DNA of 32,614 nucleotides, from the IMG/VR virus record IMGVR_UViG_3300005805_000275, positions 1-32,614 of that record. The stretch is one strand, 5' to 3'. Position numbers and translations under genes: made by a program. The first letter of the stretch is position 1. Each line of letters starts with the position of its first letter. The notes beneath the pieces are model-generated. The model made no database searches. It had not been told where the DNA came from and saw only the letters and a program-made list of their open reading frames with translations. This document shows positions 1 through 7,920 of the stretch, one piece after another. This DNA comes from a virus. Lineage: Duplodnaviria > Caudoviricetes.

Positions 1-285
1 CTGCCCTTCCTCGTCAACCGTGCCTTGTCCTTCTCCCAAGACACTGCCCTCTATGCCAATGCCATTAATCAATATCCCAATACGGATAAAAAACTCCAGT
101 ATGACTATCTTTTCGGGTCTGTCCGCAAGCGCAAGCGATATGACAAGTGGATGAAGCGGGAAGATGACGAACTCATCCCCCTCATCTCAAAGGTCTACCA
201 AGTCAGCCCCCGCAAGGCCGCCGAATACCTTACGATGCTCCCCAAGCAAGTCTTGGAGGAACTCCGCAAGGGCTACGGAGGATGA
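1..285 (+). CDS. gp62: Clamp loader small subunit (gp62), 5'-truncated
   Basis: Frame is open from base 1: LPFLVNRALSFSQDTALYANAINQY...LQYDYL...RKRKRYDKW, typical of T4-like gp62. Directly upstream of regA as in T4. Confidence 0.9.
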   Translation: MPFLVNRALSFSQDTALYANAINQYPNTDKKLQYDYLFGSVRKRKRYDKWMKREDDELIPLISKVYQVSPRKAAEYLTMLPKQVLEELRKGYGG

Positions 286-292
286 CGAAAGT

Positions 293-324
293 CTAAATAC
301 TCTTATTCTATTGAATGGGAGTAT
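293..324 (+). promoter_or_regulatory. T4-type late promoter overlapping an SD-sequestering hairpin upstream of regA
   Basis: CTAAATA 293-299. ATACTCTTATTC (297-308) pairs with GAATGGGAGTAT (313-324), 12 bp including 2 G-U, covering the SD GGGAG 317-321. Confidence 0.7.
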
Positions 325-327
325 GCT

Positions 328-744
328 ATGTCTCTTGTTGATTCTTTTGTTGAGGTGACCCTGAATGACCCTCAAGATTTCCTGAAGGTTCGTGAGACCC
401 TGACCCGCATCGGAGTCTCGTCTCGCACCGAAAAGAAACTTTACCAGTCCTGCCACATCCTTCACAAGAAGGGTAAGTATTACATCGTTCACTTCAAGGA
501 ACTCTTCGCCCTCGATGGCCTATCGTCCTCGTTCCCTGACTCGGACAAGGCACGGCGAAACACCATCTCGAACCTGCTCGAAGAGTGGGGCTTGATTAAG
601 ATTGTGAACAAGGCTACGACTGCCGACCCCGTGTGTCCCATCAGCCACATGAAAATCCTTCCCTACTCCGAAAAGAAGGATTGGCAACTCATCCCCAAGT
701 ACACGATTGGTTCCAAGCAGAAAACCGTTGACACCGAAGCCTGA
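328..744 (+). CDS. regA: RegA translational repressor
   Basis: DFLKVRETLTRIGV, KLYQSCHILHKKGKYYIVHFKELFALDG, RRNTISNLLEEWGL and KYTIG are hallmark RegA motifs. Confidence 0.97.
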   Translation: MSLVDSFVEVTLNDPQDFLKVRETLTRIGVSSRTEKKLYQSCHILHKKGKYYIVHFKELFALDGLSSSFPDSDKARRNTISNLLEEWGLIKIVNKATTADPVCPISHMKILPYSEKKDWQLIPKYTIGSKQKTVDTEA

Positions 745-755
745 TGTGGTATGAT
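728..755 (+). promoter_or_regulatory. sigma70-like early promoter, extended -10
   Basis: TTGACA 728-733, 16-nt spacer, TGn-TATGAT 747-755. Confidence 0.65.
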
Positions 756-762
756 GTTCGCC

Positions 763-1338
763 ATGAGCGATACATCAACAACCCAAGGAGCAACGATGGA
801 CATCAATGGCGTTTGTGTGGGGGTGCATAAACTTCACCCTGAAGCGTTCGACCCTGTTTACGCAACGGAGGGTTCGGCCTGTTTCGACCTTCGAGCCTGC
901 TTCCCTGCGGGGCAAAGACTCGTTCGGGCGGTCAGTGGAAAGACTGGCTACGAAAACAATCTTATGGCTGTTTCCCAGACGACCGAGGACACCGTACATA
1001 TTCTCATTCCACCAAAAGAAAGGGTGCTAATCCCCACCCAACTCATTTTTGACATCCCCGAAGGTTGGTCGATGCGACTTCATATGAGGTCAGGGCTTGC
1101 GTTTAAAGGCGGCCTGACGCTTTCCAATGGGGAGGGGGTCATCGACTGGGACTACACCGACCAAGTGTTCGTAGCGGTAACTAATACGAACGAAACGACC
1201 CCCATTCGAGTCAATCACGGTGACAGAATTTGTCAGGGCGAAATGGTTCCCATCATTCGGGGGCTGTTCTCCCCGACCATCAAACCACAAAAGAAAACAA
1301 ATAGAACTGGGGGATTCGGGTCAACTGGTAAAGGGTGA
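763..1338 (+). CDS. dut: Trimeric dUTPase
   Basis: Motifs GSACFDL, RSGLA, GVIDWDY, GDRICQ and C-terminal RTGGFGSTG. Start is ATG 763 (at the predicted +1) or ATG 796 (after AAGGAG 785-790). Confidence 0.93.
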   Translation: MSDTSTTQGATMDINGVCVGVHKLHPEAFDPVYATEGSACFDLRACFPAGQRLVRAVSGKTGYENNLMAVSQTTEDTVHILIPPKERVLIPTQLIFDIPEGWSMRLHMRSGLAFKGGLTLSNGEGVIDWDYTDQVFVAVTNTNETTPIRVNHGDRICQGEMVPIIRGLFSPTIKPQKKTNRTGGFGSTGKG

Positions 1339-1341
1339 ATT

Positions 1342-2166
1342 ATGAGTGAAGAGAAACCTTTTGATTATGAAAACGATGACAAGCCGTTCATAGTGGGGTA
1401 TGAGTTCCCCTTTAACAAATGGACAAACGCCTTTACCTTATCACAATCCAAGCCGAACAGGTCTTGGATGGACGATACCCCAAATAAGTTCGCATATAGG
1501 TGCTTACCACTAATCATGGGAAATTCCATAGGGTGGCAAGTGTCAGTTAATTTTTCATTTGTTGCTTATTGGAACGGTGGGGTCAATACGAGTGACATGA
1601 GTCTGGGCTTTTTCGAAAAAGACAATCAAAAATTATCAGGTCAAAGACACGCCGTCCAATCTCATTTTGGTTCTGGCATACTAACATTCTCTATCCCGTG
1701 GATATTCCGAACCAATAGGGGTCACAATCTATTTGTTACTGGACCTATCAACGAACCCAAGGATGGAATCACGCCCTTATCCGGAATAGTTGAAACTGAT
1801 TGGTTACCATTTACCTTTACGATGAATTGGAAGGTCACTGCGGTAAATAGGCCGATTGAATTCAAAGCAGGAGATGTAATTTGTCAGTTCTTTCCCTACC
1901 CAAGGGGATACCCCGAAAAGTTTATTGCGCTCACAGATGATGTCTCCAATAATCTCGCTGTCATGAATGAGTATAACAAGTGGGAAAATTCAAGAACAAC
2001 CTTCAATAAGAGACTTGCCGACCCCAATGACCCCGAGGTCACGGGTAAGGATTGGGAACGCACCTACTTCAAGGGCGAACATAAGGACGGGTCTAAGTTC
2101 GAGGAGCATCAGACTCGATACAACTCCTGCCCGTTCCGCCACCTCCCTAAAGGGAAAGAGTCGTAA
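1342..2166 (+). CDS. DUF6065-like protein
   Basis: RSWMD, FAYRCLPL..GNSIGW, SHFGSGILTF, GP.N.PKDGITPLSGIVETDWLPFTFTMNW recalled as the DUF6065 pattern. Confidence 0.7.
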   Translation: MSEEKPFDYENDDKPFIVGYEFPFNKWTNAFTLSQSKPNRSWMDDTPNKFAYRCLPLIMGNSIGWQVSVNFSFVAYWNGGVNTSDMSLGFFEKDNQKLSGQRHAVQSHFGSGILTFSIPWIFRTNRGHNLFVTGPINEPKDGITPLSGIVETDWLPFTFTMNWKVTAVNRPIEFKAGDVICQFFPYPRGYPEKFIALTDDVSNNLAVMNEYNKWENSRTTFNKRLADPNDPEVTGKDWERTYFKGEHKDGSKFEEHQTRYNSCPFRHLPKGKES

Positions 2167-2201
2167 ACCGTTAGGTGAACCCTAACCAGTTTCCATCACA
2201 C

Positions 2202-2230
2202 TTGACATTTCACGGAATCTGGGCTAAACT
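2202..2230 (+). promoter_or_regulatory. sigma70-like early promoter
   Basis: TTGACA 2202-2207, 17-nt spacer, TAAACT 2225-2230, in the intergenic gap. Confidence 0.65.
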
Positions 2231-2270
2231 CCTAAAGCCTGAGACCAACTTTGTCGATGAAAGGATTGTA

Positions 2271-2594
2271 ATGGATCGCACTGAACTCCTCAAGAACCAC
2301 GAAGCCCTCTGCCTCAAAGCCCGTGAACTCATGAAGCGGAAGAACTCCGATTATGCGGGCAAGAAGGGCAACGAACCCTTCGCCAACTTCACCCGCTGTG
2401 AGGCTATGGGCATCTGCTCGACCGAACAGGGCTTCCTCGTCCGCATGACCGACAAGATGAGCCGCCTGTCCTCCTTCGTGGAGTCGGGCGTGTTCGAAGT
2501 CAAGGATGAGTCGCTCGAAGACACCATCGTGGACATCATCAACTATGCTGTCCTCTTCCAGTCGTATGTCCAGTCGAAAAAGGAGAACGCTTGA
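2271..2594 (+). CDS. Nucleotide modification associated domain 1 (DUF1599-like, all-alpha NTP pyrophosphatase-like)
   Basis: KNSDYA, PFANF, RMTDKMSRL, DESLEDTIVDIINYAV. Start placed at ATG 2271 (AAGGA upstream, downstream of the promoter). Confidence 0.75.
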   Translation: MDRTELLKNHEALCLKARELMKRKNSDYAGKKGNEPFANFTRCEAMGICSTEQGFLVRMTDKMSRLSSFVESGVFEVKDESLEDTIVDIINYAVLFQSYVQSKKENA

Positions 2595-3025
2595 ACAAGT
2601 TCGCCGTTATCGTCTTCTCTCTTGTCTTAGCCGTCAATGCTTACGGACAGAAGCAACGACCCTCCGCTCTCACGGATGACTTCCTCGAAGCGGTGAGAAT
2701 GGTTGAAAGTAGTGGCAACGATGATGCTGTGGGTGATGGCGGAAAGGCCATCGGCCCATTTCAAATCCACAAGGCATACTGGAAAGATGCCGTTGAATTT
2801 GACAAGACTCTCGGCGGTTCGTATGAAGACTGCTACGACCGAGACTATGCTCGGCGAGTGGTCATCGCCTACATGACCCGATACGCTCCCAAGGGTGCGA
2901 CTCAAGAGCAACTTGCCCGCCTTCACAACGGTGGGTGTGGCATCCTGAAGCGCAAGGGAACTAAGGCTTGGAACGAGACCACTGCCTATTGGAACAAGAT
3001 TCAGAAGAGACTCCAGAATGTTTGA
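2591..3025 (+). CDS. Secreted lysozyme-like protein (destabilase/i-type-like)
   Basis: Signal peptide-like N-terminus (MNKFAVIVFSLVLAVNAYG), VESSG with catalytic Glu, GPFQIHKAYWKDA, ARLHNGG. TTG start after AGGAG. Confidence 0.75.
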   Translation: MNKFAVIVFSLVLAVNAYGQKQRPSALTDDFLEAVRMVESSGNDDAVGDGGKAIGPFQIHKAYWKDAVEFDKTLGGSYEDCYDRDYARRVVIAYMTRYAPKGATQEQLARLHNGGCGILKRKGTKAWNETTAYWNKIQKRLQNV

Positions 3026-4142
3026 GAAACCAGTCGAAGTATCCTGTCAAGTTGAGGTGGACGAGATAGTCAAAGAACTCTCGACCACCTTTGACTATGA
3101 GTTCCAAGGCAAGAGCGTCTTCACCACGCCCGACATGGGCGATGTGCCAGAGACATACTCCATAGGCTTAATCGTTGGCCCGTCTGGTTCGGGCAAGTCC
3201 ACCCTCCTTCGCCGTTTCGGTGTCGAGGAACCCGTGGCTTGGCACGACAACAAAGCGGTGTGTTCACACTTCGCATCAGCCGATGACGCAAGAGAAAGAC
3301 TCGGGGCTGTCGGCTTCAACTCCATTCCATCGTGGATGCGCCCCTACTCCGTCTTATCAACGGGCGAGAAGTTCCGTGCTGATATGGCTCGCCGACTCAA
3401 GGATGGAGCCGTGTTCGATGAGTTCACTTCCGTGGTTGACCGCAATGTCGCCGCATCTTGCTCGAACGCCGTCCGCCGCTATGTAGATGCGAAAGGCTTA
3501 CGCAATCTCGTCTTCGCCTCCTGCCACTACGACATCATCGAGTGGCTCCGACCCGATTGGGTCTTCGACACGAACACCAACACGCTCGTTGGAAGGGGGT
3601 CGCATCGGCGACCAGAAATCATCTTGGAGACGATTCCTTGTGGGGTCGAAGCGTGGTCAATGTTCCGCCACCACCACTATCTCAACTACGACATCAATCG
3701 AAGTGCGAGGTGTTGGATTACGACATGGAGAGGAGTCCCAGTCGGATTCTCTTCCGCTATTGCCCTTCCATCAGGAACCCTGAAGAACGCATGGAGAGAG
3801 CATCGCACGGTTGTGCTTCCTGAGTTTCAAGGGCTGGGCATCGGCGTTCGCATCAGCGACACGATTGGCGAGATGTTCATCCAGTCGGGGTGTCGCTACT
3901 TCAGCAAGACATCGCACCCACGCATGGGCGAGTATCGCAACCGTTCACCCCTGTGGAGAGGCACAAGCAAGAACGGCATCCTCCGTAAGGATTACTTGAT
4001 TGAAGGGCAGATTCACCTACCGAGTCCGAAAGCCAGACCCGGTATGGGCAAGAATGAAAATCTTACACGACACGCTATGCGGGTGTGTTACTCGCATGAA
4101 TATATTGGGGAAGGAGTTTGTAATGAAGATTCGACCGATTAA
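3018..4142 (+). CDS. ABC-type ATPase fused to GNAT (Mom-like) acyltransferase
   Basis: Walker A GPSGSGKS, signature LSTGE, Walker B VFDE, H-loop ASCH. C-terminal F..HHYL and acetyl-CoA motif RTVVLPEFQGLGIG. Confidence 0.85.
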   Translation: MFEKPVEVSCQVEVDEIVKELSTTFDYEFQGKSVFTTPDMGDVPETYSIGLIVGPSGSGKSTLLRRFGVEEPVAWHDNKAVCSHFASADDARERLGAVGFNSIPSWMRPYSVLSTGEKFRADMARRLKDGAVFDEFTSVVDRNVAASCSNAVRRYVDAKGLRNLVFASCHYDIIEWLRPDWVFDTNTNTLVGRGSHRRPEIILETIPCGVEAWSMFRHHHYLNYDINRSARCWITTWRGVPVGFSSAIALPSGTLKNAWREHRTVVLPEFQGLGIGVRISDTIGEMFIQSGCRYFSKTSHPRMGEYRNRSPLWRGTSKNGILRKDYLIEGQIHLPSPKARPGMGKNENLTRHAMRVCYSHEYIGEGVCNEDSTD

Positions 4143-4395
4143 GAAATGGATTGCTGTTCAGACTGAGGGACTTGGCAAGGAGAAGAAGACCGAGCATGGC
4201 ATCATCTACACCGAGAAACTCACAAGTAAGTATATGTGGAGTGTGGTGAAGTTGGTGGGTGACGAACTCACCGAGGACATCAAGGTCGGCGATAAGGTGC
4301 TGTGGGACATCACCAAGGGTCACGGCAAGGGCTTCGAGAATTACGACCTCATTCACCAAGATTGGATTGCCGCTGTTGACCGTGAGGAGAAGTAA
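4123..4395 (+). CDS. groES: GroES-like co-chaperonin
   Basis: MKIRPIKKWIAV, mobile loop EKKTEHGII, VVKLVG..DIKVGDKVL. ATG 4123 after AAGGAG. Confidence 0.8.
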   Translation: MKIRPIKKWIAVQTEGLGKEKKTEHGIIYTEKLTSKYMWSVVKLVGDELTEDIKVGDKVLWDITKGHGKGFENYDLIHQDWIAAVDREEK

Positions 4396-4396
4396 G

Positions 4397-5170
4397 GTGA
4401 GACTCTTTCGTTATTCGGGAAATAAATCAAAATTATTGAGCCTGTATCGTTCGACTCCGCTCGGAGTAAAACGAATCGTGGAACCCTACCTTGGTTCTGG
4501 AGCCTTCTCTCTGAACTCATCACTCCCCGCTGTTGGGTATGAGATTAATTCAGAACTCTGTGCTATGTGGAAGTGGCTCAAACAGGCGAGTCCGAAAGAC
4601 CTTCAAGACCTCAACTCATTGGTCGAAAGTTGGAAGACCAAGATCACCAAGCCCGATGTTCGAGATATGGCTCTTGACCTTGGAAGGCAAACTTATGTTA
4701 GGGTCAACGCTTGCTCCGTTGTCGTTGGTCAGTTGAGTTCGTGGAAGGTATACCCACAACACAGTCTGCCGATAGAAGAGACCATCAAATGTCTTCCTCG
4801 CCTTCGTGATATCGAAGTGATTCACGGTAGGGGTGAAACACATAAGGTTGAGGAGGGGGACTTACTTTTCGTTGACCCACCCTATGTTGGAACTACAGGA
4901 AACTATGTCGAGAAAGGTGGGGCGGGGACGAGCATCGAGACGAACTACAACCCTCAACACACGAAAGATTTCCTTGCGAAGGTAGAGTGTCCTGTCATCT
5001 TTACTTATGGAAGCAACGCCAAGGAAGTGTTTCCCGAATACGATTGGAAATTAGTCAAGACGGTGAAGGTTCCGAATATGCGTAAAGGCGGGACTATTGA
5101 CAGAACTGAGTGGGTCGCATACATTAACTTCAATGAGGAAGAAGCATCCCTCCAAGGAGTTTTTGAGTGA
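4397..5170 (+). CDS. D12/Dam-class DNA adenine methyltransferase
   Basis: FRYSGNKSKL, SAM-binding VEPYLGSGA, catalytic FVDPPY. GTG start 4397 after GAGGAG. Confidence 0.85.
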   Translation: MRLFRYSGNKSKLLSLYRSTPLGVKRIVEPYLGSGAFSLNSSLPAVGYEINSELCAMWKWLKQASPKDLQDLNSLVESWKTKITKPDVRDMALDLGRQTYVRVNACSVVVGQLSSWKVYPQHSLPIEETIKCLPRLRDIEVIHGRGETHKVEEGDLLFVDPPYVGTTGNYVEKGGAGTSIETNYNPQHTKDFLAKVECPVIFTYGSNAKEVFPEYDWKLVKTVKVPNMRKGGTIDRTEWVAYINFNEEEASLQGVFE

Positions 5171-5885
5171 GTAACCACTACGCCAAGTCATTGGGATTCA
5201 AAAACCAAAAGACTATCAAAATGTGGCTTACTGCTAAGGACATAATTTATCCAAATTGGGAACTGATTGAGAAGCGAAACGAAAGACTTGTGCAAATTTT
5301 TCAATCAATCAACAACACCATTCAGCATCGCTACTTGGGTAACATAAAAAAAGATGTTGAGTTTGCTTATCAACAGATAAAGGATAACGGCATACTTCCC
5401 AGAATGAAAAACAACGGAAGAGCGATAGAAGATGTGTATTATAGTTGGATGCAAGGATACATTTGTGAGAAAGTTTTTGTTCCCTCAATTTGCTATCGTT
5501 TGGGGTTGGGTGGTCTGAAACGAAATGGTAAAGATGATTTGTCAAAAATAGAGACATTTAAGCGAAGTTCTGACGCTGACTTAGTGGATGACAGTGGTAA
5601 AATTTTTGTGGATGTTCAATGTGGGACGCACGAAGGACCATCTCACATCAAAAAATCTAAAGTGAATCAAGCGGCGAAAATGTGGGAAAGTAAGTCGTAT
5701 GTATTTTCGGTGAGATTAAACTATGGAACATACTGTATGATCGAACTCGGCGAACTGTATGCAAATACGAATCAAGGAATAGTTTACAAAGTTCCTTTTC
5801 AAAAAAATGAATTGTTTGAGGGTTCCTCATGTTGGGAAATTCCCGAACATCGTTATGAGTCTTTCTGTGGAGTATTTGAGTGAGT
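5156..5885 (+). repeat. 17-bp direct repeat (16/17 identical) flanking the putative endonuclease gene
   Basis: GGAGTTTTTGAGTGAGT 5156-5172 and GGAGTATTTGAGTGAGT 5869-5885. Each copy holds an SD, a GVFE-stop and an overlapping GTG-AGT start. Confidence 0.85.
5167..5883 (+). CDS. Putative PD-(D/E)xK-type (type II restriction-like) endonuclease
   Basis: Coupled to the MTase by GTGA overlap, AT-rich, with an E...ADL-x8-VDVQ pattern resembling a PD-(D/E)xK core. Assignment tentative. Confidence 0.5.
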   Translation: MSNHYAKSLGFKNQKTIKMWLTAKDIIYPNWELIEKRNERLVQIFQSINNTIQHRYLGNIKKDVEFAYQQIKDNGILPRMKNNGRAIEDVYYSWMQGYICEKVFVPSICYRLGLGGLKRNGKDDLSKIETFKRSSDADLVDDSGKIFVDVQCGTHEGPSHIKKSKVNQAAKMWESKSYVFSVRLNYGTYCMIELGELYANTNQGIVYKVPFQKNELFEGSSCWEIPEHRYESFCGVFE

Positions 5886-7139
5886 TTCTATACTAATGTC
5901 TCTGGCCGTGGGGCCAACCTGTTTCACCGTGGTTGGACGAAGGACGGAACCCGTATCCATGAGAAGGTTCCCTTTCGCCCGTGCCTGTATGTCCCCACCA
6001 AGCGGAAGACCGACTCTCCGTGGAGAACGATTGACGGCAAGGTGGTGGACGAGGTGGACTTCGAGAGCGGCTACGAAGCGGGCAAGTTCATCGACCAATA
6101 CAAGTCCGTTGATGGTTTCACCGTCTACGGAGATATTGACCCGTGCTACCAGTTCATCTCCAAGAACTACGAAGGGGAAGTGGACTACGACCCATCGCTC
6201 ATTCGCACGATGTATCTCGACATCGAAGTGGAGAGTGAGAACGGGTTCGCTTCTCCTTCCTCCCCCGTGGAGAGAGTCAACGGCATCACCATCCGTATGT
6301 CCAACGGCGGAACCGTGGCGTTCGGTCTCGGCGAGTTCAGCATCGAGGGCGTGACCTGTAAGTGCTACGAGGACGAGGCCAAACTCCTTGCCGACTTCAT
6401 CGACCATTGGAAGAAGTGCGACCCCGACATCATCACGGGTTGGAATGTTCGCTTCTTCGACCTCCCCTACCTTTACAACCGCATCATGTCGGTCTTGGGA
6501 GAGAAGGAGGCAAACCAAATGTCTCCATGGGGTAAGGTTCGCCCCCGTGAGATTTATGTCGGTGGTCGGAAGAAAGAGTTCTTCGAGTTCGATGGCATCA
6601 CCACGCTCGACTACTACGACCTCTACGACAAGTTCACCTTCACCAAGCGAGAGTCCTACAAGTTGGAATACATCGCCTCGGTGGAGTTGGGCGAGGGCAA
6701 GGTCTCCTACGAAGACTACGGAACCATCACCGACTTCTACCGCAAGAACTTCCAGAAGTTCATGGAATACAATGTTCGAGATGTGGACATCGTGGTGGAG
6801 TTGGAGAATAAACTTCGCCTCATCGAACTGGCTCTCGGTCTTGCCTACTCAGCCATGGCAAACTTCGGCGATGTTTTCGCCCAAACCAGAATGTGGGATG
6901 CCATTCTGTATAACGAGTTGCGAAAAAGAAAAATAGTAATACCGCCTAAAATCACGGAAACCAAAGATGGTCAGTATTCGGGGGCATATGTCAAAGAGCC
7001 GCAGGTAGGTCAGCATGAGTGGGTAGCATCGTTCGACTTGGATTCGATGTATCCGATGACATTTTCGGGTCTAAACATTTGTCCCAGCACAAGAATTGCT
7101 GAAAGAGAATTGAGACACATCATCGACCAAAACGACTAA
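5880..7139 (+). CDS. gp43A: DNA polymerase gp43, N-terminal subunit (exonuclease + palm motif A)
   Basis: ExoI LDIEV, ExoII GWNVRFFDLPY, ExoIII YNVRDV, YSGAYVKEP, motif A SFDLDSMYP. Stops at TAA about 27 aa after motif A. Confidence 0.93.
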   Translation: MSFYTNVSGRGANLFHRGWTKDGTRIHEKVPFRPCLYVPTKRKTDSPWRTIDGKVVDEVDFESGYEAGKFIDQYKSVDGFTVYGDIDPCYQFISKNYEGEVDYDPSLIRTMYLDIEVESENGFASPSSPVERVNGITIRMSNGGTVAFGLGEFSIEGVTCKCYEDEAKLLADFIDHWKKCDPDIITGWNVRFFDLPYLYNRIMSVLGEKEANQMSPWGKVRPREIYVGGRKKEFFEFDGITTLDYYDLYDKFTFTKRESYKLEYIASVELGEGKVSYEDYGTITDFYRKNFQKFMEYNVRDVDIVVELENKLRLIELALGLAYSAMANFGDVFAQTRMWDAILYNELRKRKIVIPPKITETKDGQYSGAYVKEPQVGQHEWVASFDLDSMYPMTFSGLNICPSTRIAERELRHIIDQND

Positions 7140-7142
7140 GAG

Positions 7143-7184
7143 TATAAATAGATGCGGATAGGGTAGTATGCCCGCATCTAAGGA
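7143..7184 (+). promoter_or_regulatory. Late promoter plus hairpin at the endonuclease ribosome-binding site
   Basis: Perfect TATAAATA 7143-7150. TAGATGCGG (7149-7157) pairs with CCGCATCTA (7172-7180), overlapping SD TAAGGA 7179-7184. Confidence 0.8.
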
Positions 7185-7191
7185 TACTCGC

Positions 7192-7920
7192 ATGAAAAAT
7201 GACCATCCCAAGAATTCTGCTTATGTCTATCTCTTGATTGACCCAAATACGAATGAACCTTTCTATGTCGGGAAGGGACACGGATACAGAGACCATTCCC
7301 ACATGAAGCCACATAAGTTGAAAAACCCACAGGACACGACGAATCCATTTCTTTACCATAAGATAAATTCTCTTTGCGAAAAAGGAACTCCCCCCACGGT
7401 CAAAAGAGTATACGAGAACTTATCGGAAGAGAAAGCATATGAGATAGAACACAAACTCATAGAGGAATACGGCAGGAGATTTGTTGACGGTGGAAAACTT
7501 TTTAATATCTCTGCGACCAAGGGAGGAACGCCAATTGGTATCGCTAAGCCGTGGTCAGAAGAAGCAAAGGAGCATTTTCGTATCTGGTGTAAAGCAAATC
7601 GAAAATACGACCCGACATATCAAGAGTTGTGGCATGATTACATCGTTTGTGGCAAAACAAGAGAAATGATTGCCGAGGAGAATGGTGTCAGTGTTGTTTT
7701 GGTAAAACTTAGACTAAAAGAACTACAAATCAAAAAGCCAAAGAACATCCGATATCCAGAAAGAAACAAATGGAAGTGTCAGGAGTGCGGTGTTGACTTT
7801 ACCACACCAAAGTCAGTAGAATCTCGAAAGTATTGCTCCATACGATGTAGCACCAAAGCAAAGGCAAAAGAACATGACCAAAAAAGAAGCGGCGAAATTT
7901 CTTCTAAGTGTGATGCGTAA
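7192..7920 (+). mobile_element. Free-standing GIY-YIG homing endonuclease gene inside gene 43
   Basis: YVYLLIDP...FYVGKG, R..SH, AYEIEHKLI, LFN, then NUMOD3-like KPWSEEAK, an HTH-like segment and CxxC...CxxxC zinc finger. ATG 7192 follows TAAGGA. Confidence 0.88.

Noticed and set aside
2170-2186. Intrinsic terminator GTTAGG-TGAAC-CCTAAC
   Set aside because: Weak 6-bp stem with no real U-tract.
7137-7876. Ribosomal bypass as in T4 gene 60
   Set aside because: The gap is over 700 nt, contains an intact gene, and 43B has its own ATG.
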